DNA from: a virus
Taxonomy: Duplodnaviria; Caudoviricetes
Direction: 5' to 3' (one strand)
Virus record (IMG/VR): IMGVR_UViG_3300042196_000046
Span: 1-51,088 of that record
Length of the DNA stretch: 51,088 bases
Shown here: in pieces, positions 27,816 through 37,387 of the stretch
Numbering within the stretch: the stretch's first letter is position 1
Layout of the letters: every line of letters starts with the position of its first letter
Notes under the pieces: model-generated
Told to the model about the DNA's origin: nothing
Databases searched by the model: none
Seen by the model: only the letters and a program-made list of their open reading frames with translations
Made by a program: the position numbers and the translations under genes

Positions 27816-29981
27816 ATGAGCATCCTATTCACCGGCACGCAGGAAGGCAGGCTCGGCGCCTCGCTGCCCGTCCTCCCCGCAGCGACCTATGCGAGCGCGC
27901 TGCTCGATCTCAATCCGCTCATCTACTACAAGATGGACGAGACTAGCGGCACGACCCTCGCAGACAGCTCAGGCAACGCCCATGATGCAGACATCAGCGG
28001 CACGGTTGGATACAGTTTGGACTCTCTCGTGCGAGGGGAGACGACTGGCACCAGTTTCGACTATGCGGGCGCGGGCTACTCTGAGCTGGCTCACGAGGCA
28101 GCCCTGGATCTGAGCGCGCTCACTATTTCACTGTGGTTCCAACTCAACGACTTGCCGGATGTCGAGACAGCCGATCAATACATCTTCCTCAGCAAGGATG
28201 CTTCAGGTCTGTCGAACGGCGACTTCGTCGTGGGCTGCGATAACGACGGGATTTTGTACGCCCATTTTCAGGACACTTCGGGCTCCTACCGGGTCGAAAG
28301 CCCGTTCGTGCTCGATGGCAGCGCGCAGCACCACGTCGCGGTGACCGCGGACGGATCCGGCTTCGCCCTTTGGCACAACGGCCAGAAGGTCGACACGAGC
28401 GCATCGTATCTCGGCGCGTGGTCGGAGAACACTCGAGATCTGCAGATCGGCCACGTCGCCTGGCAGACCGGGGTCTATGCCAACGCCCGCATCGACGAGG
28501 TGGCGATTTTCGACAGCGTGCTGAGCGATGCAAATATCCTGGTCCTGGCGCGGCAGTCCGACCCGCCGATCGCCGGCGCGGCATCTGGCTCGGTGCTAGA
28601 ACAGGAGACGGTCGAGATTGACGTGCTGGCCAAGTGCAAATTCGTCGGTGACCCAGACAATGTGACAATCGCGATTGCCTCGCAGGGGTCGGACGGAACC
28701 TATGCGGTGACGGTAGACAACACGGTCGAGTACACGGCAGACGACATCAGCGCCTCCCTGACCGATACGGATGGATCCTACCGGATCACTGACGTCAACG
28801 GCACGAGCACGCCGGCCGGGCTATCGGTGGCTGTCACGGCGGCCGGTAGTGGTGGTGGAGGCGATGACGGCTTCGGCGGGACGCTGGTGTTCGACTGGCA
28901 GCCGAGCGCGAGCTGGATTGACGGCGTGTCGCTGGCGAACCGGCACTATAACCAGAACCCAGGCGGCGTGGCCGACATCGATCGCTGGACCGGCGGGGCC
29001 TCGGTCGGCTCCAGTCTCATCAAGGGCATCACGCCGGATGTGTCGACCGGCAACGGTGACGTGTGCTGGAACCGAGCGCCGACCGGCGATCCCTCCTTAG
29101 AGGTGTGGGCCAAGTCGGGGACAGGTGGTGGGTCGAACGTCCTCGGCTTTTACATCCATCTGTTCGACGCCTTTCAAGGAACGCCGAAGCACTGCCGAGT
29201 AGTGGTGGAGGTGATGAACTGCCTCAGCAGCAACCCGACGACATATAAGAGCGCTGGGGTGGGCACGACATCTGGCTCGTACCCCGATTTCGAGGACAGC
29301 TTCTATCGAGCGCCGCCGGACACGGGGTCGACGTGCAAGTATCCCTGCGGGATGCATTTCGGCAACTACGGCGGAGCACATGGCGGATGCCGGGCCAACT
29401 GGTGGCAAGGAGCGCCGTGCAATTCCTCGCCATCGCCGTCATACTGCGGCACCGAGGTCTTCAATTTCAATTCTGATAGAGGATCGGTGCGGATGCAGGC
29501 CGGCAGCTCCGGTCGCATGAACAGCTACAACTATCGGTACGACCGGCCGGGCCGCTGTGGACAAGCAGGGGGCGGAGACAACAACTTCAAGCTACTAAGC
29601 CCCGGCATCACCGGGGTCTTCCATCGGCTGGAGATTGAGGCACAGCTGACGTCTGAAGCGGCCTGTCCTAGCAATGCTGTCTACAACAACCCTCCGATTT
29701 CCCCTAGCCTGGTAGGCGACGGCTTCGCGAGGTACTACATGACGAAGAGTATTGATGCCGGAACGCCTGGAACCCGCACGCTTATTCGCAATGACGCCGG
29801 CATCCTATGGTTCTGCAAGCAGGACAATGTGAAGAGCGGGCGGAACGAATTACACAAGGACAGCGCGCCCGGCGCCAACATCAACGGTATCTGGCTCAAC
29901 TACTACTATGGCGGCAGCCAGGGCTCGCTGGGCGAGGCATGGCTTTGGATCAGGCGGTTGCAGTTCTATGTTTACCCGTGA
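27816..29981 (+). CDS. Receptor-binding protein: LamG/ConA-like + Ig-like + PL14-like polysaccharide lyase domain
   Basis: YYKMDETSGTTLADSSGN...TISLWF...HHVAVT...IDEVAIFDSVLS (LamG); C-terminal KYPCG...SVRM...FHRLEIEAQL...DGFARYY...INGIWLNYYYGG resembles the PL14 fold. Confidence 0.7.
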   Translation: MSILFTGTQEGRLGASLPVLPAATYASALLDLNPLIYYKMDETSGTTLADSSGNAHDADISGTVGYSLDSLVRGETTGTSFDYAGAGYSELAHEAALDLSALTISLWFQLNDLPDVETADQYIFLSKDASGLSNGDFVVGCDNDGILYAHFQDTSGSYRVESPFVLDGSAQHHVAVTADGSGFALWHNGQKVDTSASYLGAWSENTRDLQIGHVAWQTGVYANARIDEVAIFDSVLSDANILVLARQSDPPIAGAASGSVLEQETVEIDVLAKCKFVGDPDNVTIAIASQGSDGTYAVTVDNTVEYTADDISASLTDTDGSYRITDVNGTSTPAGLSVAVTAAGSGGGGDDGFGGTLVFDWQPSASWIDGVSLANRHYNQNPGGVADIDRWTGGASVGSSLIKGITPDVSTGNGDVCWNRAPTGDPSLEVWAKSGTGGGSNVLGFYIHLFDAFQGTPKHCRVVVEVMNCLSSNPTTYKSAGVGTTSGSYPDFEDSFYRAPPDTGSTCKYPCGMHFGNYGGAHGGCRANWWQGAPCNSSPSPSYCGTEVFNFNSDRGSVRMQAGSSGRMNSYNYRYDRPGRCGQAGGGDNNFKLLSPGITGVFHRLEIEAQLTSEAACPSNAVYNNPPISPSLVGDGFARYYMTKSIDAGTPGTRTLIRNDAGILWFCKQDNVKSGRNELHKDSAPGANINGIWLNYYYGGSQGSLGEAWLWIRRLQFYVYP

Positions 29982-30256
29982 AGCTCGGCAGCCATCAGGC
30001 GGAACATGCGGGCATACTCCGGGCCGGGGCAGTCGTCGGCTTTGGCCCGCAGGTAGGCGGCGATGGCGGCGCGGGTCTGCGGCGTAATCGGCTTCCACGT
30101 GCAGTCGATAAAAGCCTGCCGCTCGCTTTTGTCGTGCCACGCTCCCCCGATGTCGTCGAAGATTGCCTCGGCAGCCGCGCGGCACGCAGCCTCGAGCGCG
30201 GCCTGCGGCGGTGACTCCGCTATCTTTTGCACGCCAGTTGCACGCCAGTTGCTCAT
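29972..30256 (-). CDS. Hypothetical protein
   Basis: GGAGG SD upstream of ATG 30256; last gene of the leftward operon. Confidence 0.6.
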   Translation of the reverse strand: MSNWRATGVQKIAESPPQAALEAACRAAAEAIFDDIGGAWHDKSERQAFIDCTWKPITPQTRAAIAAYLRAKADDCPGPEYARMFRLMAAELHG

Positions 30257-30468
30257 CCGTTCTCACCTCCGACAGACATACGACACCACGAAAAATCGTG
30301 GCCGGTAAATAGCTTATTGACCAACGCATGTCAACCTTGCGACTCTACCGCTAGCAAGGTGATCGGGTCTGTCGTATTGGCTGAAACCCTGGATTTTTGC
30401 CTGCCCGCCCGCTATGTAGGGCGACAAAATACGACAGACCCCGACATTTTTGCACGCCAATGGCGCGT

Positions 30469-30933
30469 TTACGCGCCAACGAACGCGCCAACATCCTCGC
30501 CGTCTTCTTCCTCGAGTAGCCCATCCGCCGGCTCATAGTCGATCTCGATCACCGTGCCCGCCGTAGACGCCCAGAGCTTAGCCTTGTGGACCCGGGCGAC
30601 CCGGCTGTCATTGGTCAGCAGGCCGGCCGCCTGGGCGGCGTCCAGGACCATCTTCTCCAGGTTGTCGACGTCGGGCGTGGGCGTGTGCAGCCGGCCCCAG
30701 CGCGCGCGGTCCCTGGTCGCAAAGAACCACTCGACCTTGATCCCCACCCCACCAGCCGGCAGGGGCGCCTCAGAGGCCTCCTGGGCGGCCAGGCGCATGG
30801 CCGTGACGAGCTGGGCGCGGTAGGCCTTGGCGTGCGGCGACGCCGTGCTGACGGTGAAGCGCGCGCGGCCCTTCTGGACGTGCCGAGCTCGCGGTTGCGG
30901 CCGCGGCGTGCCGGCCAGGTAAATGGTGATCAT
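30469..30933 (-). CDS. rusA: RusA-family Holliday junction resolvase
   Basis: PRPQPRAR...PDVDNLEKMVLDAAQAAGLLTNDSRV. Confidence 0.88.
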   Translation of the reverse strand: MITIYLAGTPRPQPRARHVQKGRARFTVSTASPHAKAYRAQLVTAMRLAAQEASEAPLPAGGVGIKVEWFFATRDRARWGRLHTPTPDVDNLEKMVLDAAQAAGLLTNDSRVARVHKAKLWASTAGTVIEIDYEPADGLLEEEDGEDVGAFVGA

Positions 30934-31796
30934 AGCCAGCTCGGCCGCGGGACCACCGGGGCCTCCGGCGCCGTCCAGCAGCGTTCCTTGAAGTCGCAGA
31001 ACTTACAGCGCCAGTCGGTTCGCTCCTTGGCGATGCGCGGCAGATCCTCGGGGCGCTCGGACTCCAGCACTCGCACGGCGCGGTCGGTGAGCGCCTGTGC
31101 GGCTTGGCCGTCGAACTTGACCACCTCCCAATAAGGGATCATGGTATCGAGATTGAGTATGGAAAACAGCGTGTGCTCAATTTCCATATAAGCCATATTG
31201 GTTTGCAGCTGCCCATAATAAACCGGGTCTGCGCCAGCCACTCCATTCTTGGAGAATTTGGCCCACTTGTTGGCCGTTGCTTTCTTGCTCTCCCAGATGC
31301 ACGGGACGGGTAGCCGGTCGCCTATGCCGACAGGCACGGCCACAATCACGCCGTCCACCTGGCCGGCGATGCGTGACTGTCCGGTGGCCGGATCGCGCGC
31401 GGACTTGAAGCCGATCTGCTCCGGCTTGCCTTCGGCGTCGAAAATCGGCATGCCTTGAAAGTCGGCGCGGTGCGTCAAGAGCTGGAACCCGGCCAATTTC
31501 AGCCAGTGCGCCATGTTGGCCTCGGTCCAGTCGCCCGCTGCCGCGTGGCGCGCGAGCTCGCCAGCAGACACGTATTCCTCGCGGGGCTCCTTCTCGACCT
31601 TGTGGTAGCGGTAGGCTAGCTCACGCACACACTCGAGGCCGATGTAGCCAGACCCGATGCGCTTCTTTGCCACGTCGCCCTGGCCGGAGCCGCGCGTGGC
31701 GTCGTAAAGGGCGCGCTTGTGCTCGACCAAGGCTTGATCGATGGCGGCCGTCAGAAGGTCCGGCAGATCACCCTTCGGGCGCGGCGCGAAATTCAT
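30930..31796 (-). CDS. PD-(D/E)xK Cas4-like exonuclease
   Basis: SGYIGLECVRELAY, GQVDG, WESK, QLQTNM, CKFCDFKERC (four-Cys cluster). Confidence 0.85.
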   Translation of the reverse strand: MNFAPRPKGDLPDLLTAAIDQALVEHKRALYDATRGSGQGDVAKKRIGSGYIGLECVRELAYRYHKVEKEPREEYVSAGELARHAAAGDWTEANMAHWLKLAGFQLLTHRADFQGMPIFDAEGKPEQIGFKSARDPATGQSRIAGQVDGVIVAVPVGIGDRLPVPCIWESKKATANKWAKFSKNGVAGADPVYYGQLQTNMAYMEIEHTLFSILNLDTMIPYWEVVKFDGQAAQALTDRAVRVLESERPEDLPRIAKERTDWRCKFCDFKERCWTAPEAPVVPRPSWL

Positions 31797-31803
31797 CTTG
31801 CCG

Positions 31804-32058
31804 TCACCCGTCAGGCAGCCGCGGTGCGCATGGGCTGTCATCATCCTCGTCCTGGTAGCCGCTGGCGTCCTGGAGACGCCGAGCGATCATTGCCTGGCCC
31901 TTCGGCGTCAGCGCGTAGCAGGCGCAGCACAGCGCCTCGATCGGCGGAAGGCCTGATCGGATAACCCGCGACCCGGGCCGGCAGGTGATCCAGTTGGCGG
32001 CGCGGGAGCATTGTTGGCACCTGTAGGGCGGCTCAGTAACTAAGCGGGCTGTCGGCAT
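31804..32058 (-). CDS. Small Cys-rich hypothetical protein
   Basis: CQQC...CCAC putative zinc finger; fills the gap in the operon. Confidence 0.5.
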   Translation of the reverse strand: MPTARLVTEPPYRCQQCSRAANWITCRPGSRVIRSGLPPIEALCCACYALTPKGQAMIARRLQDASGYQDEDDDSPCAPRLPDG

Positions 32059-32449
32059 CGGACTGCCCCATCTTCATGGCCAGCACGGCGGCGGCCTGGG
32101 CGCGAATCATTTCGACGTGACTCGCGCCAGCCATCGACATGGCCACGTCGGAGACCTCGCTGGGGTTGATGAAGCCGGCGTTCTCGCAGACCTCGATAAA
32201 GTCGAGCCGATTCAGATGCCGCCCCTGCATTGTCAGCCACCGCCGCGCCTCAGCGCGCAGCCGCGAGCACTCGGCCGAGCGCTTCTGACTGGTGTCGCTA
32301 TGGCCCAGGCGGCGCGCGTAGTGGCCGTTGGGCGCCCAGCGGGCATCGATGATGGCCTGGGCGAGGACGTGACGCCACAACGCCACCACGGCGACGCTGT
32401 CGAGCTGCGCCGGATCCAGCGGCTCCAGGGGGGTGTCCCACAGCTTCAT
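32033..32449 (-). CDS. Conserved phage hypothetical protein
   Basis: LWRHVLAQAIIDA...ARRWL...DFIEVCENAG; coupled to the helicase stop. Confidence 0.7.
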   Translation of the reverse strand: MKLWDTPLEPLDPAQLDSVAVVALWRHVLAQAIIDARWAPNGHYARRLGHSDTSQKRSAECSRLRAEARRWLTMQGRHLNRLDFIEVCENAGFINPSEVSDVAMSMAGASHVEMIRAQAAAVLAMKMGQSDADSPLSY

Positions 32450-34131
32450 GCCGCCACCGCCGCGCCGACGCTTTCGAGTTTCTTGCGCATGCCATTGGAA
32501 TTGAACTTCCATGTCAGGAAGCAGGCCGCCTCGTAGCGCGTAAGCGCGACCGATCGCGGGTCCATACCGAGCAGCTGGAGCTGCTTCTCGGTGGCAGGCA
32601 GATGCAGCCAGCGCTTGCTCTTGGCCGCCCCTTGCTTGTCGCCGTGCTCGCGCATCCAGTCGTCGCCGGCCGCGAGGCAGAGCATCTTTTCGCCAGCGAG
32701 CAGGTAGTGGACGCCGCGCTCGACGTGCCCGCCGAAGACGTGCCACGTACCCTGGTAGAAGACCGCGGCGGCCCAGGCGTCGAACGCCGTGGCGAGGTAG
32801 ACTGCGCCGTCCCACAGCGTTTCCCATCGGAACGGCGACTGCGCGAAGATGTCGATCTCGGTCAGGATGAACTCGATCGGCTGCCCGTCCTGGCCGACCG
32901 CCGATCCGCCGGCGCCGCGGTCGCTCTCCTCGCGCGGCATGACGTGGCCGCAGATGGCGCACTCGCGCGAGCTCGCCGGGATCTCGGCGCCGCACTCCGG
33001 GCAGTCGACCATCTTGGGCTCGGCCTTGTAGGGCTCGAGGTCGATGTCCTGCTCGAGGGAGCCGTGCGTGATGACCGACGTCCCGAAGTCCAGGACGATG
33101 CAGTCCAACTTGGGCGCGCGGCCAGGGTAGCGCTCGGGATCCAGGCGGCGCAGCCCGCGCCCGATCATCTGGATCATCGTGCTCTGGTAGGAGCTGGGGC
33201 GCAGCAGGACGACACAGGAAACCGCCTGGCAGTCCCAGCCCTCGGTCAGCACAGCGACGTTGACGACCACCTGGAACTCGGCGCGGTCGAAGCTGCGGAT
33301 CAGGGCGCGCCGCTCGCCGTCCGGCATCTCGCCCGTCACCATGCGGGCCGTGATGCCCGCCTCGGCGAACGCCTCGGTGACGTGCGTAGCATGCTCGACC
33401 GTCGAGCAGAAAGCGGCCGTCTGGCGATCGCCCGCCACCTCGCGCCACTTCTCGACCACCTGTCGGTTGAGAACCTGATGATCGAGGATTCGGGCCACCG
33501 CAGTCATGTCGAAGTCGGCCACGGTGCGGCGCACCTTGGCCAGCTCCTCGTTGACACCCAGGTCGATCACGAACGTCCGCGGGCGCACCAGGTGGCCGGA
33601 GCGAATCAGCTCGGCAAGCGTGATCTGGTCGGCCACGTTGTCGTAGATGCCCCGCAGGGCCTTCTTGTCGCCGCGATTGGGGGTCGCCGTGACGCCCAGC
33701 TGAGCGACGTCGGGGTTGAGCTCGCGGGCGCGCTCGTAGATCTTGAGGTAGGAGGCGGCGGCGCTGTGGTGGGCCTCGTCGGTCACGATCAGGTCGACCG
33801 GCTGCATGGCGCCCAGGTTGCGCGCCAGCGTCGGGACCATCGCGAACTGGACGGGGCGCTGCCAGTCCTTGCGCTCGGCGTTGATCACCCCGCTCGAGAC
33901 CGACATGCCCGCCAGGGCGTGGAAGGTCCGTCGGTTCTGCTCGACCAGCTCGTCGCGGTGCTGCAGGATCGCCACGCGCTCGGCGCCGCGCTCCATCGCC
34001 GCCACCACCACGGCCGAGAGCATGACCGTCTTGCCGGCGCCAGTCGGCGCGACCCCTAACGTGTTGTTATGCTTGCCGAGCGCGTCCATGCATCGCTGGA
34101 CGAATTGCTCCTGGCGCGGCCTGAGAAGCAG
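32446..34131 (-). CDS. SF2 DEAD/DEAH-box helicase with C-terminal zinc ribbon (probable CTG start)
   Basis: LRPRQ Q-motif, APTGAGKT, DEAHH, TATP, TEGWD, QMIGRGLR, CPECG..CAICG; AGGAG SD 7 nt before CTG at 34131. Confidence 0.92.
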   Translation of the reverse strand: MLLRPRQEQFVQRCMDALGKHNNTLGVAPTGAGKTVMLSAVVVAAMERGAERVAILQHRDELVEQNRRTFHALAGMSVSSGVINAERKDWQRPVQFAMVPTLARNLGAMQPVDLIVTDEAHHSAAASYLKIYERARELNPDVAQLGVTATPNRGDKKALRGIYDNVADQITLAELIRSGHLVRPRTFVIDLGVNEELAKVRRTVADFDMTAVARILDHQVLNRQVVEKWREVAGDRQTAAFCSTVEHATHVTEAFAEAGITARMVTGEMPDGERRALIRSFDRAEFQVVVNVAVLTEGWDCQAVSCVVLLRPSSYQSTMIQMIGRGLRRLDPERYPGRAPKLDCIVLDFGTSVITHGSLEQDIDLEPYKAEPKMVDCPECGAEIPASSRECAICGHVMPREESDRGAGGSAVGQDGQPIEFILTEIDIFAQSPFRWETLWDGAVYLATAFDAWAAAVFYQGTWHVFGGHVERGVHYLLAGEKMLCLAAGDDWMREHGDKQGAAKSKRWLHLPATEKQLQLLGMDPRSVALTRYEAACFLTWKFNSNGMRKKLESVGAAVAA

Positions 34132-34219
34132 CGGGGATCTCCTGTTTTGGGAAGGGGTGGCGGCGACGCTCGACTGCTCGGGAGACTCGCGAGCGCCGCC
34201 ACGGCAGAGAAAGGAAAGA

Positions 34220-34471
34220 TCAGCCTGGTGTTAGGACAGTGACCGTGACCAAGCCCTGGCCGTTGGCAATGTGAGGCACTTGAGAGGCGTCAGAAGTAAC
34301 GTGACTTTTCCCACATCCTGTGTTCTCGACGTGGTAAAGCACGGTGTCGAAGATGGACGTTGCCGGGAGTGAGGCGATCACGCACTTGACCAGATGTTCT
34401 CCCATGGCTGTCGCCTTCTCTAGCGATCTGTAATATTTGCCGGATTCCAAACACAGGACCACTGACCCCAC
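34220..34471 (-). CDS. Hypothetical protein in AT-richer insert
   Basis: AAGGA SD before GTG; atypical codon usage. Confidence 0.3.
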   Translation of the reverse strand: MGSVVLCLESGKYYRSLEKATAMGEHLVKCVIASLPATSIFDTVLYHVENTGCGKSHVTSDASQVPHIANGQGLVTVTVLTPG

Positions 34472-34575
34472 GGGCGATTTCCTTTTTTGTTGTCCATTGG
34501 AAAGTTTGTGGTTTACACCTCTAGATTGTTACCACGGCTTCGACTTTCGCGCAATTAAAGGCTTTTGCGCTAAAT

Positions 34576-35205
34576 CTATGCCAGCCAGCTGGGCTTACTT
34601 GGTGGCGTCTGCTGGGGTGACGCGGTGGCGGGAGCGGCCGGCCGCTGCCACGCCGGAGCGGCGGCCTGCGCCGGGGCTCCGCCCGATGCCACCGGCGCCC
34701 GCACGTTCTTGGGCGCCGTGTCGCCCGCCAGCAGGCGCTCGAAGTCCTTGGACGTCGCCGGGTCCACCGGACTCAGCCAGACCGCGATCTCGTTCTTGGC
34801 GGGGTAACCGTTCTTCTCGGGGTCCTCCTTGACCTTGATGGCGACCTTGAGGCCGTCAAGCTCGTGGTAGCCCTCGATCGCGTAGGCGCCCATGGCGTTG
34901 GGGCCGGCGCCGCGGCCGACCTCGAGGATGGCGCGGATCGCCGAGCGGCCCATGTTGACGTAGGCCTCGGAGCCCTCGACGCCGATCCGGGTGAAGATCT
35001 TGCGCCTGTTGAACTCGCCGCCCTCGACCGTCACCTCGCAGTCGAGATATTTGGCGGCGCTCGACTTGCTGGGCGTCTCGACCATGCCACGATCGAGGTT
35101 GTAGTAATTGATGGACAGCACGCCGAACGCCAGCATCCCATGGGGGATCAGGACGGTGAAGTCCTTCTGGCTGGGGGCATCCGCGAAGTTCAGCTTTCCG
35201 GTCAT
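34576..35205 (-). CDS. Single-stranded DNA-binding protein (phage type)
   Basis: YLDCEVTVEGGEFNRRKIF...KNEI, P/A-rich tail ending KPSWLA; next to Sak4-like ATPase. Confidence 0.7.
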   Translation of the reverse strand: MTGKLNFADAPSQKDFTVLIPHGMLAFGVLSINYYNLDRGMVETPSKSSAAKYLDCEVTVEGGEFNRRKIFTRIGVEGSEAYVNMGRSAIRAILEVGRGAGPNAMGAYAIEGYHELDGLKVAIKVKEDPEKNGYPAKNEIAVWLSPVDPATSKDFERLLAGDTAPKNVRAPVASGGAPAQAAAPAWQRPAAPATASPQQTPPSKPSWLA

Positions 35206-35218
35206 GTTGGGGGTCCGA

Positions 35219-36145
35219 TCAGAAGGGGATGTCGTCGTGAGTGTCGGAGGCAGGCGCCTTCGGTTCTGGCGATGCCGCCTGAGCGGCCGGCAGGCCATAG
35301 ACCATCTGGTCGCCGCGCTTGGCGCCCTTGATCTTGGCAATCAGCTTGCCGAGATGGGGCTCCTCGATCACGTCCAAGCGGCCGGAGCGATCCTTGGCCG
35401 GGTAGCCCCACGGGTTAATGGTGTGGCAGACGAAGGCACGGTAGGACGTGCCGTCGTCGGTCTTGAGCTCGACCATGCTCACCACCTGGTCGACGATGCC
35501 CGGCAGCTCGAGCTGCGTCTTGCCGCCGTCGACCTGGAGCTGCCAGGACGAGCGCCCGAAGTCGTCGGTCTTCTTCTCGAGGATGCCGACGAACACGACG
35601 TTCTTGTCCGGGCAGTGCTTGAGCTGGTTCAGCAACCCGCCGCCGCCCACCATCTCCTGGCCGAGCAGCCCGTAGGCGCCGCGGTTGTCCGGCTTGCCCT
35701 CCTTGTTGAAGGCCTCCGGTTGCGCCTTGGCCCACGAGAAGGCGAGGCGCGCGGCCTCGGTGATCGAGTCGAAGAACAGGGTGTCGTACTTGCCCAGCAC
35801 CTCCGAGCGCGCGCCGAGGGTCTTCTGTGCCCAGGCGAAGTGCTCGGCTGAGTAGGGCCGGCTGGCGTCGGCGGCCGGGTTGGGCCCGGACACCAGGGCG
35901 CCGAGGGCGCGCAGGAAGTCCCACGGGTGCAGGTTGAGGGCGATGGACGCTGCCCGGACGTCCAGGCTGTCGCCCGGCCAGTCGTCCAGGGCGAGCATCC
36001 CCGCCTCCATGTCGACCAGCAGCGTCTTGCCGGGGTCGAGCGTGCGGGCGAGGCTGGTCTTGCCGATCCCGGAGGGACCGGCAATCACCAGGTCGACCGC
36101 GCTCTGCTGGGCGAGACGCTGATCCGCCGTGACGATGAGGGCCAT
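35219..36145 (-). CDS. AAA ATPase, Sak4-like single-strand annealing protein
   Basis: GPSGIGKTS Walker A, DMEAG, FDSIT, PAKDRSGRL, acidic DDIPF end. Confidence 0.85.
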   Translation of the reverse strand: MALIVTADQRLAQQSAVDLVIAGPSGIGKTSLARTLDPGKTLLVDMEAGMLALDDWPGDSLDVRAASIALNLHPWDFLRALGALVSGPNPAADASRPYSAEHFAWAQKTLGARSEVLGKYDTLFFDSITEAARLAFSWAKAQPEAFNKEGKPDNRGAYGLLGQEMVGGGGLLNQLKHCPDKNVVFVGILEKKTDDFGRSSWQLQVDGGKTQLELPGIVDQVVSMVELKTDDGTSYRAFVCHTINPWGYPAKDRSGRLDVIEEPHLGKLIAKIKGAKRGDQMVYGLPAAQAASPEPKAPASDTHDDIPF

Positions 36146-36567
36146 CAGGCGTCCTTCTTCTTGCCCTTGGCCTTGGCCGCGGCCTGGTTGCCGTAGCCGC
36201 CGGCGAACTCGTCGCTGACTTCGGCGACGGCGGTGGGCGCGTTGAAGTCATGGTCGAAGGCGAGCGAGGTGACCGCCTCGCCCTGGGCATGGTCGGGCTG
36301 AGGGTCGGGGCCTCCGGCAATCGGCTCCGCCGCGGCCTCGGCCTTGGGCTTGCGCGGGCGCTTGACCGGCGCGAACACGCGCAGGGCGGCGATGACCTCA
36401 AGGGCGTTCTCGATCGCCAGTGTGACCGGGGATCCGAGGTCGCTCGGGTCCGAGGAGCACAGGAGGCCTCGGAGCGACTGTCGCGCCTCGTACTCGGCCA
36501 CCGCTTGCTTGCTGTTGTGCTCGGAGCCGTCCGCCGCACGCCAGCGCTTGATCAGTTCTGCCGCCAT
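36145..36567 (-). CDS. Hypothetical protein
   Basis: Coupled to the ATPase start; GAGG SD. Confidence 0.65.
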   Translation of the reverse strand: MAAELIKRWRAADGSEHNSKQAVAEYEARQSLRGLLCSSDPSDLGSPVTLAIENALEVIAALRVFAPVKRPRKPKAEAAAEPIAGGPDPQPDHAQGEAVTSLAFDHDFNAPTAVAEVSDEFAGGYGNQAAAKAKGKKKDA

Positions 36568-36601
36568 GGATTGCTTGACCTCTGTGGGTTGGGGGAGTCG
36601 T

Positions 36602-37072
36602 TCAGCCCTCGCGGGCGTCCTCGAGATCGATCTGCAGCGCGCCGTACTTTACGGTGCGCGCAGCGTCGATCTTGTCCTTGAGCGGCCCCGGGGGAAGCGC
36701 CTTGTAGATGCTCTCGGGGATCGAGAAGTCGATCTTGAACAGATGGTTGATCTCTGCGATGGAGAGGCTGGTGGCGAGCTTGCGCAGCGCCTCGCCATCC
36801 CACTTGACCGCCTTGGAACGCGAGCCTTTGAGCTTGGCGATGCCGTCCAGGGGCACGGTCACGTCGCCGCTGGCGCGGTTGCCGTAGGCGTCGACCACGC
36901 GATGGGTGTAGCGTGCCTCGACGGCGGCGCGGATGGCGTCAAGCTCAGCATTGAGCGGGGCAACGGCTAGTTCGTGCGCCTCTACCTCGCTCAGCCAGTT
37001 GTTGAAAGCGTCGCGCCGGTAGTCGAGCAGATCGGCTAGCGGGCACGTTAGGAAGTCGGGAACGTTGCTCAT
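36602..37072 (-). CDS. Conserved phage hypothetical protein
   Basis: KAVKWDGEAL...FSIPESIYKALP...ARTVK family usually upstream of Sak4-like ATPases. Confidence 0.7.
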   Translation of the reverse strand: MSNVPDFLTCPLADLLDYRRDAFNNWLSEVEAHELAVAPLNAELDAIRAAVEARYTHRVVDAYGNRASGDVTVPLDGIAKLKGSRSKAVKWDGEALRKLATSLSIAEINHLFKIDFSIPESIYKALPPGPLKDKIDAARTVKYGALQIDLEDAREG

Positions 37073-37350
37073 GCCGCCGGCGCCATCAGACGCAAGCGCT
37101 CGATCTCGTAGATGCGGGCGAACTGTTCCGCGGTCACGCCGGCGGCGTCGCCGAGTTTGGCGAGGGTGTCCATCTTGGGCCAACTCTCCCGGTGGGGGCG
37201 GGCTCCGCGCCGTGTATGACAAAGAGAAGACGCCTCGAGACCGGCCCGTACACCAAGCCCGGACAACGAGCAGCCCGCCATCTCAGCCATACGTTCGATC
37301 GATGCCCACATGGCGCGATGGGAGAGGTCGAGAGCGTGAGCAGTTCTCAT
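37069..37350 (-). CDS. HTH transcriptional regulator (Cro-like, first gene of early operon)
   Basis: SHRAMWASIERMAE...SLSGLGVRAGL...WPKMDTLAKL resembles alphaproteobacterial HTH regulators. Confidence 0.75.
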   Translation of the reverse strand: MRTAHALDLSHRAMWASIERMAEMAGCSLSGLGVRAGLEASSLCHTRRGARPHRESWPKMDTLAKLGDAAGVTAEQFARIYEIERLRLMAPAA

Positions 37351-37387
37351 CAGCTGCAACCACCTTGTAGAATTTGTCGATTGGCGG

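Noticed and set aside
30300-30420. tRNA gene or dif site as integration core
   Set aside because: No cloverleaf, T-loop consensus or XerC/D arms could be recognised. No tRNA gene was seen anywhere in the window.
32602-34059. 485-aa plus-strand ORF and the long 5' extension of ORF 32033-33448
   Set aside because: They overlap the well-supported helicase; only 32033-32449 looks protein-like.
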